A stretch of DNA of 54,466 nt, counting the filler, from Porpidia crustulata (Eukaryota), in NCBI GenBank assembly GCA_964255105.1. It is 3 parts of 3 records of this genome, joined end to end, with 100 filler letters (N's around TTAATTAATTAA, not from the genome) between each part and the next. Parts side by side here need not be neighbours in the genome. Positions count along the whole stretch, not along the records: positions 1 to 18,114 come from CAXUWE010000192.1; 2 more parts are not named here. One strand, given 5' to 3'. Position numbers and translations under genes: made by a program. Every line of letters starts with the position of its first letter. Within the stretch, counting starts at the first letter, position 1. The notes below the pieces were generated by a model, which did no database searches, was not told the origin of the DNA, and saw only the letters and a program-made list of their open reading frames with translations. Shown here in pieces: positions 1 to 11,437 of this stretch.

Positions 1-3000
1 CCGTCGTCCGCATTAACCCCCGCCTCATCTCCCCAAGCGTCTTGATCTCGTCGAACGCCAACTTTCTCTCAAACACCGACTGGGAATCCTCCCCTTTGTC
101 CAGCCGACGCTTCAAGCCCTGCACAAATGGCATGGCCTTTTTCATCTCGCCCATCTTGGCGATCTGCGGGGCGAGGGCCTTGTCGTTGAGGGAGATGCCG
201 TCAAAGGAGGCGCGTACGAGGTCGATGTATTTAGCTTGCCAGGACGGAAAGACGGAGGCGGCGAAGATGGTGAGTTTCTTGGGCTGCTTGGGGTCGAAGG
301 CGATGCTCTTGCCCTTGGCCTTGCGTTTCTGCTGCGCGCGTTCGGCGCTGGTGATGGTTGTGGTGGTGGTTCGTACGTATTCGGTTGCGGCTGTTAAGGC
401 GGGTTGGGGAAGGGGGAGTTGGGGCCAGAGGGCGGTTTGGATGGTGATGGGGTTGTGGAGGACTTCTTGGTAGATGTAGTCGGCCCAGTGGGGTGCGATG
501 GGGGTGAGGACGAGGGCCTGGAGGGTGATGTAAGTTTGAACGAGGGAGCGGTGCATGCCGATGCCAGAGGCGGTAGTGGCTTCGCGGTAGAAGTCGCGGG
601 CGGAGGTGAAGTCGTAAAGGGAGGATTTGAGGGCGAGTTTATAGTCAGTGCTATTGGAAGGTTATTATTTCGGATATCTGAAACGGAGGTGAAGTGAGTT
701 GGTAAGAAAAGGGGTTTTGGTGTACTTACGCTTCGTAATGTTTATATGCTTCGTGTACGATGGAATGCATTTCATGCTCAAAAAGCTGATCCCAGAAACC
801 ATCTGCTTTACCAGTCCCGAGGGTCTTGTCTTTGACGACATCTTCGCACCACTCCTTGAGATTGTACAATCTCAAAATAACCTGATTCGCAACGGTTTCT
901 TCGAAATTGGCATCTTCTACTCCATCTCCGGCATCTGCGAGTGCTATACGGCAGGCATCGGCACCAAACTTCTTAACGGCGTCGTGCAAAGTCATGAAGT
1001 TTCCAGTACTTTTGCTCATCTTCTCTCCGTTAAGTAATAAATGCCCGTTTGCTCGCACGCCACGCGGCCAGTACTCTCTCGGAAAAAGGGCAGTATGAAT
1101 ATACAGGAAAAACGTTAGATGATTGGGAATGAGATCCTTGCCTGAAATATTGACGTCTAGCGGATACCAATACTCGAATTCTCTTCTCAGGGTCTCTAGA
1201 TCGGCTTTCTTGATGCCACTTTGTTTGATCAATTCATCGCTGATATCTTGCCGACAGTAGATATAGTCCCACACTTCGTCAACCATCTGCTCTGCCTTAA
1301 TTTGTAGAAGCCCTGATTCAGTGCCAAAATTATCACTATGTAAAAGATGTGCAATAGCGTAGTAGGCCATATAAATTGTACTATCACTCAAACTCTCAAC
1401 GAGGAATTTTGGATCCCATGGCAGCTTCGAGCCTAGACCGTAAGTTCGTGCGCAAGCCCAACGATTCAACCAATAGAGGTTTTTTTCAAAGCCGTGTCGA
1501 GTCTCGGATGAGTATAGCTCCATGTCGGTTCCCATATGGTCCAGAACCCGTTGCCGCCATTCTGGGTCGTTCTCTCCATAATCCAAGAACCACTGCCCGA
1601 GGTAGGCGACCACACATTCGTCAGCACTCCGACTAACAACGTGACCATTTGGCTCCGCATAGTCAAAGGCTTCGCCACCTTTGATTAGAGCCTCCTTGAC
1701 TTTAGGCTTGGCTGCCTCTACCGGCTGACCCTTGAAATCGCCTATTAGCATTGTCCCCTTGTAATATCCTTCCTTGTATGCCAAGTCCTTTGCTTCCGCA
1801 AGTTGCTTTGCATCTTTTGGCGAGTTGATCTTCATTTTCTCGACTAGAAATTTTGCCGTAAGGCTGCCATAAGATGGCGTTTCGATGATACGCGGAATCT
1901 CTAGTTCTGCCCATTCCTTTTTTATGCCATAGTACTCTGCCTTTTTAGCAAGGTCTGTGACCGTTGCGTAATCATCAGGGCTATCGGAGGGAACAGAGGT
2001 TACCACGCCAGTTCCTTTTGTGGCTACAACAGAATCCATCGGTAGAATCCGTACGCCCTGTTTGTGGATTGACAAAGGAGCTACGACTAAGGTACCCACA
2101 AAAGCCGATCCTGGCATCTCTACCACCATAGGCAGTTCCTCTATCTTGGATGCGAAATGATCATTGTTAAAGAAAGTACCTTGAAACGCCATATTCCAAG
2201 CAGCGCGCTTCGTAACGACGTAGAAATCGGTATCTGATACCTTGAAGATACCATAGGAAATCTTAGGTCCCACAAAGCAACAGGTCTGTCCATACATAGT
2301 CTCAGGTCGAAGGGTTGCTGCAACAAAATACACGTTGGCGTTTTCGGGAACTTTCCCCCGAACGATATCTGCCGCTTTTGGTGACCAGTCTTTGACTTTG
2401 ATTTTGAGCGCTGTGTACTCTTGGGGTCCTACACCTTCTCCTTCGGTTCTGTCGTGGTCCATACATGGCTGCCCATCTTTAGGAGAATAGATCGTGTATC
2501 GAATTCCGTATTGGACTTTATCTATGTCTTTGAGGCGATTCATCTGCCATCTGACAAAAGCGTCATAGTATAAATTCGCGTCCGTCGTGACGACTGAACG
2601 TCTCCAATCAATTCGGGCTCCGAAGTTATTCATATCTTGCTTGACCAAAGGAGGGAAGTATTTGAGCCAGTAGTTGGCATCCGCAAATCTATGGATATCT
2701 TCTTTGGGTATACCCAAAGCTAGCATAATCTGGAACTGATGCTTTAGCTTGACCGTTTTTGCTGATGCCTTGGATTTGTTTGAGCTAAATTTGGTAATAT
2801 CTTCTTTGGTATCTTGCGTGGGAGCTAGAGGCATCCGCTGTTGCCCTATGACACTTTCTCCTTCCTCCTCGTAGCGCTCGAAGTTTTTTCCAAATTTACG
2901 GACGTCCTCCGTCAACTTATCTGCACATGCTTTTATCGGCATACCAGTGCAATGATAACCCAACGGAAACAGAACACGCTTTCCTTGCATTCTGGCGAAA

Positions 3001-3382
3001 CCAGCAGCGAACTCGACCTTACTTGCAGTAAAACTATGACCAGCATGTAGGGTTCCGTTCATGTACGGATAAGCAAAAACGCCGTGAAATCTGGGATACT
3101 TTCGTCGCAGCTCAGTTGCGGACATGGAGCCAGTAGGGACCTCGGATGTCGAGGGAGCAGCAGCATTAAAAACCCCAGATTCCTGCCATTTGGCCTGATA
3201 CCTTCTCTCTACATCAATTAAGGTGTCCCTTTTCTCTGTCTAGCACAAGAATCAATATAAAAATTCTGAGGTACTCGTGTGCTTTGCATCAAATTGCTCA
3301 CGTTCTCCATCTTAAGGGTTTTGCTTGCGCCGCTTTTAAGGTCCATGGTGTCCCCGTTAGGAACGATCCCTGACGTGGCCAT
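1..3382 (-). CDS. CDC60: Cytosolic leucyl-tRNA synthetase; 3' end runs off the window
   Basis: Exons 3382-3302, 3239-730, 650-<1. Introns 3301-3240 (GTGAGC..CTAG) and 729-651 (GTAAGT..ATAG). Spliced N-terminus MATSGIVPNGDTMDLKSGASKTLKMEN/TEKRDTL. Motifs: HIGH-type PYMNGTLHAGH, CP1 editing ATLRPETMYGQT and GTGVVTSVPSDSPDD, and KMSKS. Last exon reads TDYKLALKSSLYDFTSARDFYRE. Confidence 0.97.
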
Positions 3383-3610
3383 GGTTGCAATTTCCGTTAT
3401 ACTAAATACTTGTAAGGAAGCTTACAGTATTCGCCACCTTATGATACGTTGTTTTTCGTGGTTCTGTGATTCATTCTTTATGCCTCCGAACGCTGTAGGG
3501 CTGACCCGACTGTGGTCGGATATATTGCCGCACGCTAGCCCAGTAGGCGGGCAATCCTTGTTTGAACCTCCGAGTCTCACAGTCTCAACTCCTGCTTTCT
3601 TCAAGTGATT
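3383..3610. promoter_or_regulatory. Compact bidirectional promoter region
   Basis: Only 228 nt separate the divergent ATGs at 3382 (-) and 3611 (+), so both promoters and 5' UTRs must lie here or overlap. Confidence 0.6.
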
Positions 3611-4158
3611 ATGCTCCGAGCTCTGTTTGGGCGTAAAGCTGCTGATATAGCTGGGGCTACGTCATCTCCTCTAAGGACTGCATTACAGAACCCGCATAAG
3701 GCTCAAAAGCAATGGCCGCCTGACTTTACCAAAATGAATCCGAAGAGTCAATTTCGGCTTGAACGTAGATACCGTCGAAGGGCTAAACTTGCGTATGCTC
3801 GTCCGCAGTGGATGAAATACACGAAGCTGTTCCAGTGGGGAATTTGCACCTGTGCGCATGAACTCCGCTTCGAAAGGTCTTACGAAGTCGCTAATGATAA
3901 ACCTATAGTTGTCTTATTCTATTCGGTGCTTTTCATGGACTGGGGTGATGTCCCGAGCCCATTTCCCAGGGTATGCAGATTATTTACTTCGCCCGTTCGA
4001 TCTCTTGCGACAGGACACTAAGTAACTCCTAGTTTCGAGAATGGCTTTGGCAACAGGGCGACTTCTTCTGGACCACCCCCGCCTCGAAATTCCGGTCTTC
4101 GGAACTCGAACTCTCGATCGGCGAAACAATGGAAAAACCGGTAGATGGTCGTACTTGA
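3611..4158 (+). CDS. Small conserved fungal hypothetical protein (~142 aa, one hydrophobic helix, possibly mitochondrial)
   Basis: Exons 3611-3851, 3909-3970, 4033-4158. Introns 3852-3908 (GTGCGC..CTAAT..ATAG) and 3971-4032 (GTATGC..CTAG). Basic N-terminus, then WPPDFTKMNPKSQFRLERRYRRRAKL and the hydrophobic GICTFVLFYSVLFMDW. Confidence 0.8.
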
Positions 4159-5314
4159 GCTGCTGTCATCTGTAAACTTTATTCAAGCTTAAGATCGGCA
4201 AGATTTTCAGAGTAAAAACGCAAATGCCTACGTCACCGATTTGTCCTTCCCACAAATACCTTCTTCGTCATGGTCTGATAGAGAAACGGGAAGGCTATTC
4301 AGGCTCCCAGCACAGAACCCAATGCTGAGCACAATCAATCCCATTGATGTAACCGAAAGGGTTCTTGAATATCGGAGAGAGCTACCGCGAGATGCTGTGC
4401 TTGACGCTCTGCTGTGTGGCTGGAATTCAAATTACAGGGAACGCAGGACTGAGATATGCCTACCCTGGAAACTAACGACGAACGCTCACGCGACATCCCC
4501 ATAGTTCCAGATTCTATATTCCACCTACGACCTCAGTCGTGAGAAACATACCCTGGACTGTCGCTGACTGGCACAAATGTTACGTTGCTTTGTTACTAGA
4601 TCTAGAGCCATTGTTAGTGATCTGAAAAATGAAATACCTGCGAAATGGCTGAAGGGTTGTTTAATCTGTCTAGATGATGTACAAATATCATTGCTTTCTA
4701 AGGAACAAATCTTATGCGATGAAGACCCAATTAACTCAATATACTTCTGCTCTCACTGAAAATTGCGATCCCCTGAGCCATGAAATGGCACCTAGAAGAC
4801 CCCTAAACCCCACAGACCCCCTACTGGACTAGGCTCGCTTAGTAGTAGTCCTCCCGGAAGGAAGTCGCCAGTCGCCATATCCTAGGATAATTATCTAAGC
4901 TGTAGCATCACTCATTGCAATAATCGCCGAGGGCACTTTGGTTGATCAATATTGCGCTCCGTTTTTGGCTTGGGGCTCTTGGCTAAGATAAGTAGCTCGC
5001 GCAGAGGCTTGCTCTTCTTATTGCTATAGTATGGACCTGGCCGTGCCTCTTTCATCCCTCAAACCAACGCGCTTCTGACGTATATCAAACCAATTGCAAC
5101 CGCAGCTTGCCGGACCATTACATTTCTGTCAAGCGGTATTCGTTGAGAGATCGATCAATAGCATCTCACTGCTGGCGCAACATCGTTCATTCTTTCTTGG
5201 GGCTTGTCCATAGATCAAGCAGATCTAAGCGCAGATGACTTACCGCGTGCCCTGTATACCTACAGCATCCTATCGATTATCCGTGTTCTTTAAGACCCCT
5301 TGAGCGTGGTCGAC

Positions 5315-8300
5315 ATGTCATGGAGACCTTTGCCTCGCATAGCTTTTGCTGTAGCAATATACCCTTTCCAACCTTCATCGCCAGCAGACCTGCCACTCGA
5401 GCTCGGCGATGAACTCTATATAATCGAACAAGGAGGTGCTGATGGATCGTGGTACCGTGGTTATCTAGTCGCACCGCCGTCGTTGCTCGCTGGTTTGACA
5501 AGCGTGAAAGGCCAGACATTAGAAGCTAGGGTGTTCTCCGGCATTTTTCCCAGGTGCTGTGTGGAAGTCCGAGAGGTGCTAGGAGATGGAAGAACAGATA
5601 CTCAGGGCAACCCCAAGGAGCTCAACCACGACAGTCATGAGCATGACACAATCAACGAGAGCTCTCATGGTCAAGACTCTTTTCGAAGAACAGCCAGTGC
5701 GCGAAAAAGTGGTGTTAAGAGCAGGGCGGTTAGAAGAGGTGGAATCACCACACGAGGAGGAAACTCGCAAGAATTGGCACCTGAGAATAATCCTAGTCGC
5801 TCGCCTTCGCAACAAAAGCTTGAGATTAATGGCCGGGCTCTTGGCCGCAAAATTTCACACCAGTCAATTACTTCCCGTGGTTCACGAAGTTCTCTCCTTG
5901 TCCCCAATGCCATAACGACAAAGTCTCGCGGCCCCGGCACAAAAAGATCGCCAGCGCCTGTTCCGATGCTCAAAATTGGCGATGAAACCCCTACAACTAG
6001 CTCTGAGCCTTTAGTGGATGAGATTGCCTCATGTCTCCGGGAGTGGCATTCCAAAAACCTACACGAGTTGCTCCTTTCTCGGCGATACTCCATTCTTGAG
6101 AAGGTGTCTGAGCTTGTATACAAATTAGATTTTTCCCGCCGGCAGCTCCTACACGGTGTTCTCACAGCACAGGAGCTCGAAACGTTGCGAGAGCAAGCAG
6201 TATGGGAACTTGTTCGGGGCAATAAAATGCTTAGTGGTGAGGTGATTGTTCGGGACCCCAAGCTCCGTGGCCGGCTTCTCACTGGCGACGATTCGGCCCT
6301 AGAGCTTACGAAACTTCAATCGTCGATGAGTTTGCTCGAGAAGCCACCTACAGCTCATCAAGACTCAGTGGATTTGCATCACCTCATGGTAGAGCTGAAA
6401 GCTTGTGGAAATAATGTTCTCGTTTCGCCGACACTCACTTACAACCTTTATTTCCGAAGGCAGGGAGAACCACCGAAACCGCTAACAGAGACCTTTTCAC
6501 ACGAAATTCCGCCACAAGACCAATTTGACAGCGTAGCTGCATCTGGTGTTTTGCGAAGTCTTTTTGCTGATCTTACTTCGACCGACATTGGAGAAAAATC
6601 GGGGCTCGAAACACAGGTTTTCTTGGTCATCACCGTCTACGCCGATCGACTGACTCAGAGTCCTTCATTATCAGCAGCATCAAGCTCAAGTCCAAAAAGC
6701 ATCAAAGCCTCGCCTGGTAGGCCTAACACAAGCACTTCCCCAGGCACACCAACTCCTAAAGCTGGACGACAAAGTATGATGTGGGCGAAGAACCCACTTC
6801 GCAGTGCCCGTAACCGAGATCAGTATATGCCTGGTGTCTCCCAGGATCCGTCCGTTTCTGAATCTTTAACATCTCTGGATGAGTCTAGTAGACCAAGCAT
6901 ACAGGAGAGCCTGCGCCCTCTGACACAACAAGGGCCACAATACGTCAAACGTAAAGTAGGCGTTGGCGTAGTTAATGTTAAACAGCTGTTTGAGCAGAAT
7001 GGAGCTATGGAACAAAAAATATCACTATGGTCGGCTACGTCAAGCAGTGCCGAAACGCTGGACATTCAAACCCAGGACGACCAATTGGTCTACGACCTAC
7101 TCAGTAGCCGCACTGGGCGTGTCGCAAAATCTAGAAGTATCGATCATGTCCGTCTTGGAATGCATTCTTTCACAAGTCCAGATGCTGGTACGCTGCTCAA
7201 GAATACCCCAACCGTACTTCAAAATATTGCACAGACCCGGAAACTTGGATTCTCAGGAGCACCGTCAAAAGCAAGATCCGATATCTATGTCACATTGTCA
7301 GAAGCATTCCTCCCTGCGCAGGCCCTGCTGTCACATCCGGAACGTGGGATAGTCGCTGTCTCGCCAAATCTTGCGTTACGAAATGTACAGCTTACTCTTG
7401 AGGTTCGAAGGAAGTTGGGCGAGCGCATCGAAAATTGCATATTCCCAAACTCTAGTAATCTTGGACAGACTGCGTGGCGTACATGTGCTGCCGAACGAGG
7501 TGAGCCGTGGAACCAGGTAGTCAAACTCGTTATTCCTACCAACGACGTACCTGAAGCTCATCTTATCATGAGCATCGCGGATGCTCCTGGCTTCCCGTTT
7601 GCTCTCAGCTACATCCCTCTTTGGGACCAGGAAGCCTTCATAAGGGATGGATTGCATACCCCGTTGCTTTACCTCTACGATAAGTTGACCTCAAGCGCAG
7701 ATAAGGGCCGCGGAGCATATCTGGCTTTCCCATGGAATTCACGAGCAAAAGATGACACTTCTAAGGATGAGACCTTGACTGGTCCTGTGGCAACTCTGAA
7801 GCTTGAGACCTATCTCTGTAGCACTGTGTTTTCGCAAGACAAGGTACTGTTAGGTATATTGAAATGGCGAGAGCAATCTGCTAGCCAAATTCTTGACCTG
7901 CTGAGAAGGTTTGTTTTTGTACCTGAGATCGAGATCGTAAAGCTTGTCAGTAAAGTTTTCGACGCGTTGTTTGGAATTTTGATCGAGAATGCTGGCAAGG
8001 ATGACTATGAAGACTTGGTTCTCAACGCTTTGGTCACGGTGCTGGGCATTGTTCATGATCGTCGATTCAATTTAGGACCGCTTGTTGACCAATATACGGA
8101 AACCAAATTTGATTATCCCTTCGCAACCCCTTGCTTGGTCAGGGGCTATCTAAGACTATTAGCCAAACCCTCTGATCCGCAAAATTCAAGACGCCTTCGG
8201 GCAACTTTCAAGGTAGGCCGTCAAATTCTACGATTTATCATCACGGCCCGTGACAAGCAGAAGATCAAGGAGGCTAGTATTGGCATTACTACTACACAGC

Positions 8301-11300
8301 CAGCCTTTAGCCGCGATCTGAAAAAAATCTTTGCCGCCTTAGAAGCCCTAATCAAGAACCCTACACCTATTCTAGTCGGAAGCAAGACTCTAGCTGTCCA
8401 GCACATGCATACTTGGCTCCCCGAGCTGATTGGAACGTTCTCGGAAGATGAAATACTTCAGATCGCCTTCAGCTTCCTCGACTCGTGTGCTGCTGTCCAG
8501 GGAAAACTCATTCTGTATAAACTGGTACTAATCCTCAACATTTCCAAGATGGACCTCTTTTCAAAAAGCTCTATGCGCCACGAAATAGCTGAACGGACGG
8601 TTCAATGGATAAAACCTTATTGGGGTAGGAACGATTATGGCTCGGAACAATGGCGGGATCAAATTCGCTTATGCTGCTCCATTGCGTCTTTGCAGATCAA
8701 TAATCCTGGATGTGAAGTGTCTGGATACTTTGTCAAAGTAATCCAGTCATTCCGCAGCTTACAAACCTCTGACCCCCGGAAGAACGAATGTCTATCACTG
8801 TTCTTTCCAACCTCGTATCCATTTCCAAGCAAGCCGATATCCGGTAACTTGCACTTCGACGAGGCACATACAGAGTTGGCAGCACTACTTGCGCAACTAG
8901 CTGGAAAGCCATTCGCTCAAATTCTTGGCCAGACGAGCTCAGATCTCGTGGACATTGTAGATGCTGCTCTCGAAATGATCACGTCCATCCTTTCTGGTGC
9001 TGCTTTTCCAAACTCGTGGCTAAGTCTCCATGTCTATCACCATAAGTCGTCGCTACAGATCCTTAAATTACTATACGAATCGATTGTCTCGGATCTTCTT
9101 CCGTCCCCAGACGAAGCGGATGACTTCGACACCGATTTATGGAGCAAATATTTTTTCGCGTTGCTCACCTTACTACGCAGTTCGACACTCGCGCTCGAGA
9201 CCTTTCCCGAGCAGAAGCGTCGGACCGTCTGGAAGATAGCTGGCGATGTACGAGAGCAGGGTGCAGATTTACTCAGACGCAGCTGGGATGCAATTGGCTG
9301 GGAGTCAAGTGTGGAAGAACAGAGACGCTACGGCATAACACGATTAGGTGGCTTCCAGGTACAGTATGTCCCAAAGCTCGTGGTCCCAGTAACAGAACTA
9401 TGTTTGAGTGTGCATGAGGGTCTCCGGAGCGTTGCGGTTGGAATTTTACAGACCATGATAGTCAGCGAATGGACGCTGAGTGAGGACTTGTCTGTTATCC
9501 AAGCAGAAATGATCGAATGCCTTGACCTCATGTTCAAGAAGAAGAGAGTTGGTGAAGCTATCACCCAGAAGCTGTTTGTGAGCGAGCTGCTTGGATTGTT
9601 TGAAGATTTGGCGCAGAGCCCTGATGCACCGTTATGGCAAGCTATCGAGTCATTGGTTTCTACTATGGATGAGCTACTTGATCTCCTCGGTGCTGTACAC
9701 AGTAATGACATTGCAGAGACCTTTCGTATTTGGCATACTCTACAACTCATGGATTTCCTCAAAGACATGCAGAAGGAAGACATCTTCATCCAATACGTCC
9801 ACCAGCTAGCGCAAATCCAAGTTCAGCTGCAATATCCTACCGAGGCAGCCTTAGCCTTGCGGCTCCATGCCGACCTATATGCATGGGACTCGAGAAGAGT
9901 CAAATCACTTGCAGATCCGGCATTTCCCCAGCAAACCTCGTTCGAACGGAAAGAGCACCTCTTCTTCGAAATGATCAGATACTTCGAGGAGGGAACAGCT
10001 TGGGACTGCGCTCTGGCGAGCTATCGCGAACTTGCCGATCAATACGCCTACCACCATTACGATTTTGCCAAGCTCGCAAGAACTCAGCGCGCGATGGCCA
10101 AAATCTACGAAATGATTCATAAGGGCGAGAAATCTGCCCCCCGATATTTTCGAGTCATCTATAAAGGGTTGGGTTTTCCCTTGAGCCTTCGAAATAAGCA
10201 CTTCATTTTCGAAGCCGCAGCATCCGAGAGATATTCCGCATTTGCAGATCGGATGAGGCAACAGCATCCATCGGCTCAAATTGTATCTTCCAGCGAACCT
10301 GATAAATTGGAAGGTCAGTATCTCCAAATCCTACCCGTTAGTGCACATCGGGATACCCAACATTCCATCTACCAGCAGCCGAAGGTCAACCAGTCTGTTC
10401 GGGAATACATCCTGTCCTCGCAGCCAAAGCGTTTTGCAATCACTTCAAGGCGGCATACTCCCACATCAGGCGCCAAGGACCAATGGATCGAAAAGACTAT
10501 CTACACGACGGTCGACTCCTTCCCCACAATCATGAGAAGGAGTGAAATTATCACTGTTGAAACTACACGTCTATCATCTCTACAAACTGCCGTCGAGAGA
10601 ACTACAAGAAAAACCACGGAATTATCCGCTCTGGCAAGGCGCACGACAGATGGGGACGAGTCAACACTTACGAATCTCACAGACGCCATCAGTACCTCCG
10701 TTGATCCATCATCAAGCACAAGCGTAGCCCAATACCGTGAACTTATGTCCTCAGAGGAAGGTAGTGACGATGAAGATAAGCTTAATGGAGGAGGTACCGA
10801 CCCTATTGAGAATGCTTTACGGGTAGCCCTGCTGGATCACACCTCCACCTTGAGGCATTGCCTAGCACTGTATTCACGTCCCGCGTATCTCAGTACGCAA
10901 ACAGCTCTGACCGAGAACCTCCACATCACGTTCGGCCCAGAGATAGCTCTCCTTGACCCCCCTCCACCACTTGAACCTTCCCCAGATATTCAGCTGCCTA
11001 TCTCCCCACCGCAGTCTCCTTCGCAGGTCTTCACCTCCGCCTTGTCTACATCTCCTCCCTCGATTCCCAATGGTAAACACATCTCAAACCCTTCTGTGCC
11101 ACAAATGCCACCACCTACCGATCCAGGCCCTCACCATCACGCGAGCACCGGCCGGGTCAAAACGCCCAATATGGCGAACGGTACTTCCAAAAACCCTTCT
11201 TCAATAGGCGACGATTCGGCTTCCAGTCTCAGTAACCGCAGTGCTCCCAAGGCGGGCTCCGAGGACGGATCCGCATCGAAGTCAGGCGCCGGGGAAATCG

Positions 11301-11437
11301 AGAGACCGGTAACTGCGCACTCTGGACGGTCGGCAAGTATGAGGAAGAGGCTGAGTATGCTTGGAATTGGAAAAATGAACAAGGGTAGTGTGAAGAAAAA
11401 AGAGGGAGAGGGAGTTGAAAGGGTGATCGAAGAGTAA
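5315..11437 (+). CDS. DCK1: DOCK-family (SH3, C2/DHR-1, DHR-2) Rac guanine nucleotide exchange factor, 2040 aa, intronless
   Basis: First ATG of the long ORF is at 5315. N-terminal SH3 (FAVAIYPFQP..LPLELGDELYIIEQ..WYRGY), C2-like region (RSDIYVTL..NVQLTLEVR), DHR-2-like region (EAALALRLHADLYAWD, YFRVIYKGLGFP, WIEKTIYTTVDSFPTIMRRSEI) and a Pro-rich tail. Confidence 0.93.
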   Translation: MSWRPLPRIAFAVAIYPFQPSSPADLPLELGDELYIIEQGGADGSWYRGYLVAPPSLLAGLTSVKGQTLEARVFSGIFPRCCVEVREVLGDGRTDTQGNPKELNHDSHEHDTINESSHGQDSFRRTASARKSGVKSRAVRRGGITTRGGNSQELAPENNPSRSPSQQKLEINGRALGRKISHQSITSRGSRSSLLVPNAITTKSRGPGTKRSPAPVPMLKIGDETPTTSSEPLVDEIASCLREWHSKNLHELLLSRRYSILEKVSELVYKLDFSRRQLLHGVLTAQELETLREQAVWELVRGNKMLSGEVIVRDPKLRGRLLTGDDSALELTKLQSSMSLLEKPPTAHQDSVDLHHLMVELKACGNNVLVSPTLTYNLYFRRQGEPPKPLTETFSHEIPPQDQFDSVAASGVLRSLFADLTSTDIGEKSGLETQVFLVITVYADRLTQSPSLSAASSSSPKSIKASPGRPNTSTSPGTPTPKAGRQSMMWAKNPLRSARNRDQYMPGVSQDPSVSESLTSLDESSRPSIQESLRPLTQQGPQYVKRKVGVGVVNVKQLFEQNGAMEQKISLWSATSSSAETLDIQTQDDQLVYDLLSSRTGRVAKSRSIDHVRLGMHSFTSPDAGTLLKNTPTVLQNIAQTRKLGFSGAPSKARSDIYVTLSEAFLPAQALLSHPERGIVAVSPNLALRNVQLTLEVRRKLGERIENCIFPNSSNLGQTAWRTCAAERGEPWNQVVKLVIPTNDVPEAHLIMSIADAPGFPFALSYIPLWDQEAFIRDGLHTPLLYLYDKLTSSADKGRGAYLAFPWNSRAKDDTSKDETLTGPVATLKLETYLCSTVFSQDKVLLGILKWREQSASQILDLLRRFVFVPEIEIVKLVSKVFDALFGILIENAGKDDYEDLVLNALVTVLGIVHDRRFNLGPLVDQYTETKFDYPFATPCLVRGYLRLLAKPSDPQNSRRLRATFKVGRQILRFIITARDKQKIKEASIGITTTQPAFSRDLKKIFAALEALIKNPTPILVGSKTLAVQHMHTWLPELIGTFSEDEILQIAFSFLDSCAAVQGKLILYKLVLILNISKMDLFSKSSMRHEIAERTVQWIKPYWGRNDYGSEQWRDQIRLCCSIASLQINNPGCEVSGYFVKVIQSFRSLQTSDPRKNECLSLFFPTSYPFPSKPISGNLHFDEAHTELAALLAQLAGKPFAQILGQTSSDLVDIVDAALEMITSILSGAAFPNSWLSLHVYHHKSSLQILKLLYESIVSDLLPSPDEADDFDTDLWSKYFFALLTLLRSSTLALETFPEQKRRTVWKIAGDVREQGADLLRRSWDAIGWESSVEEQRRYGITRLGGFQVQYVPKLVVPVTELCLSVHEGLRSVAVGILQTMIVSEWTLSEDLSVIQAEMIECLDLMFKKKRVGEAITQKLFVSELLGLFEDLAQSPDAPLWQAIESLVSTMDELLDLLGAVHSNDIAETFRIWHTLQLMDFLKDMQKEDIFIQYVHQLAQIQVQLQYPTEAALALRLHADLYAWDSRRVKSLADPAFPQQTSFERKEHLFFEMIRYFEEGTAWDCALASYRELADQYAYHHYDFAKLARTQRAMAKIYEMIHKGEKSAPRYFRVIYKGLGFPLSLRNKHFIFEAAASERYSAFADRMRQQHPSAQIVSSSEPDKLEGQYLQILPVSAHRDTQHSIYQQPKVNQSVREYILSSQPKRFAITSRRHTPTSGAKDQWIEKTIYTTVDSFPTIMRRSEIITVETTRLSSLQTAVERTTRKTTELSALARRTTDGDESTLTNLTDAISTSVDPSSSTSVAQYRELMSSEEGSDDEDKLNGGGTDPIENALRVALLDHTSTLRHCLALYSRPAYLSTQTALTENLHITFGPEIALLDPPPPLEPSPDIQLPISPPQSPSQVFTSALSTSPPSIPNGKHISNPSVPQMPPPTDPGPHHHASTGRVKTPNMANGTSKNPSSIGDDSASSLSNRSAPKAGSEDGSASKSGAGEIERPVTAHSGRSASMRKRLSMLGIGKMNKGSVKKKEGEGVERVIEE

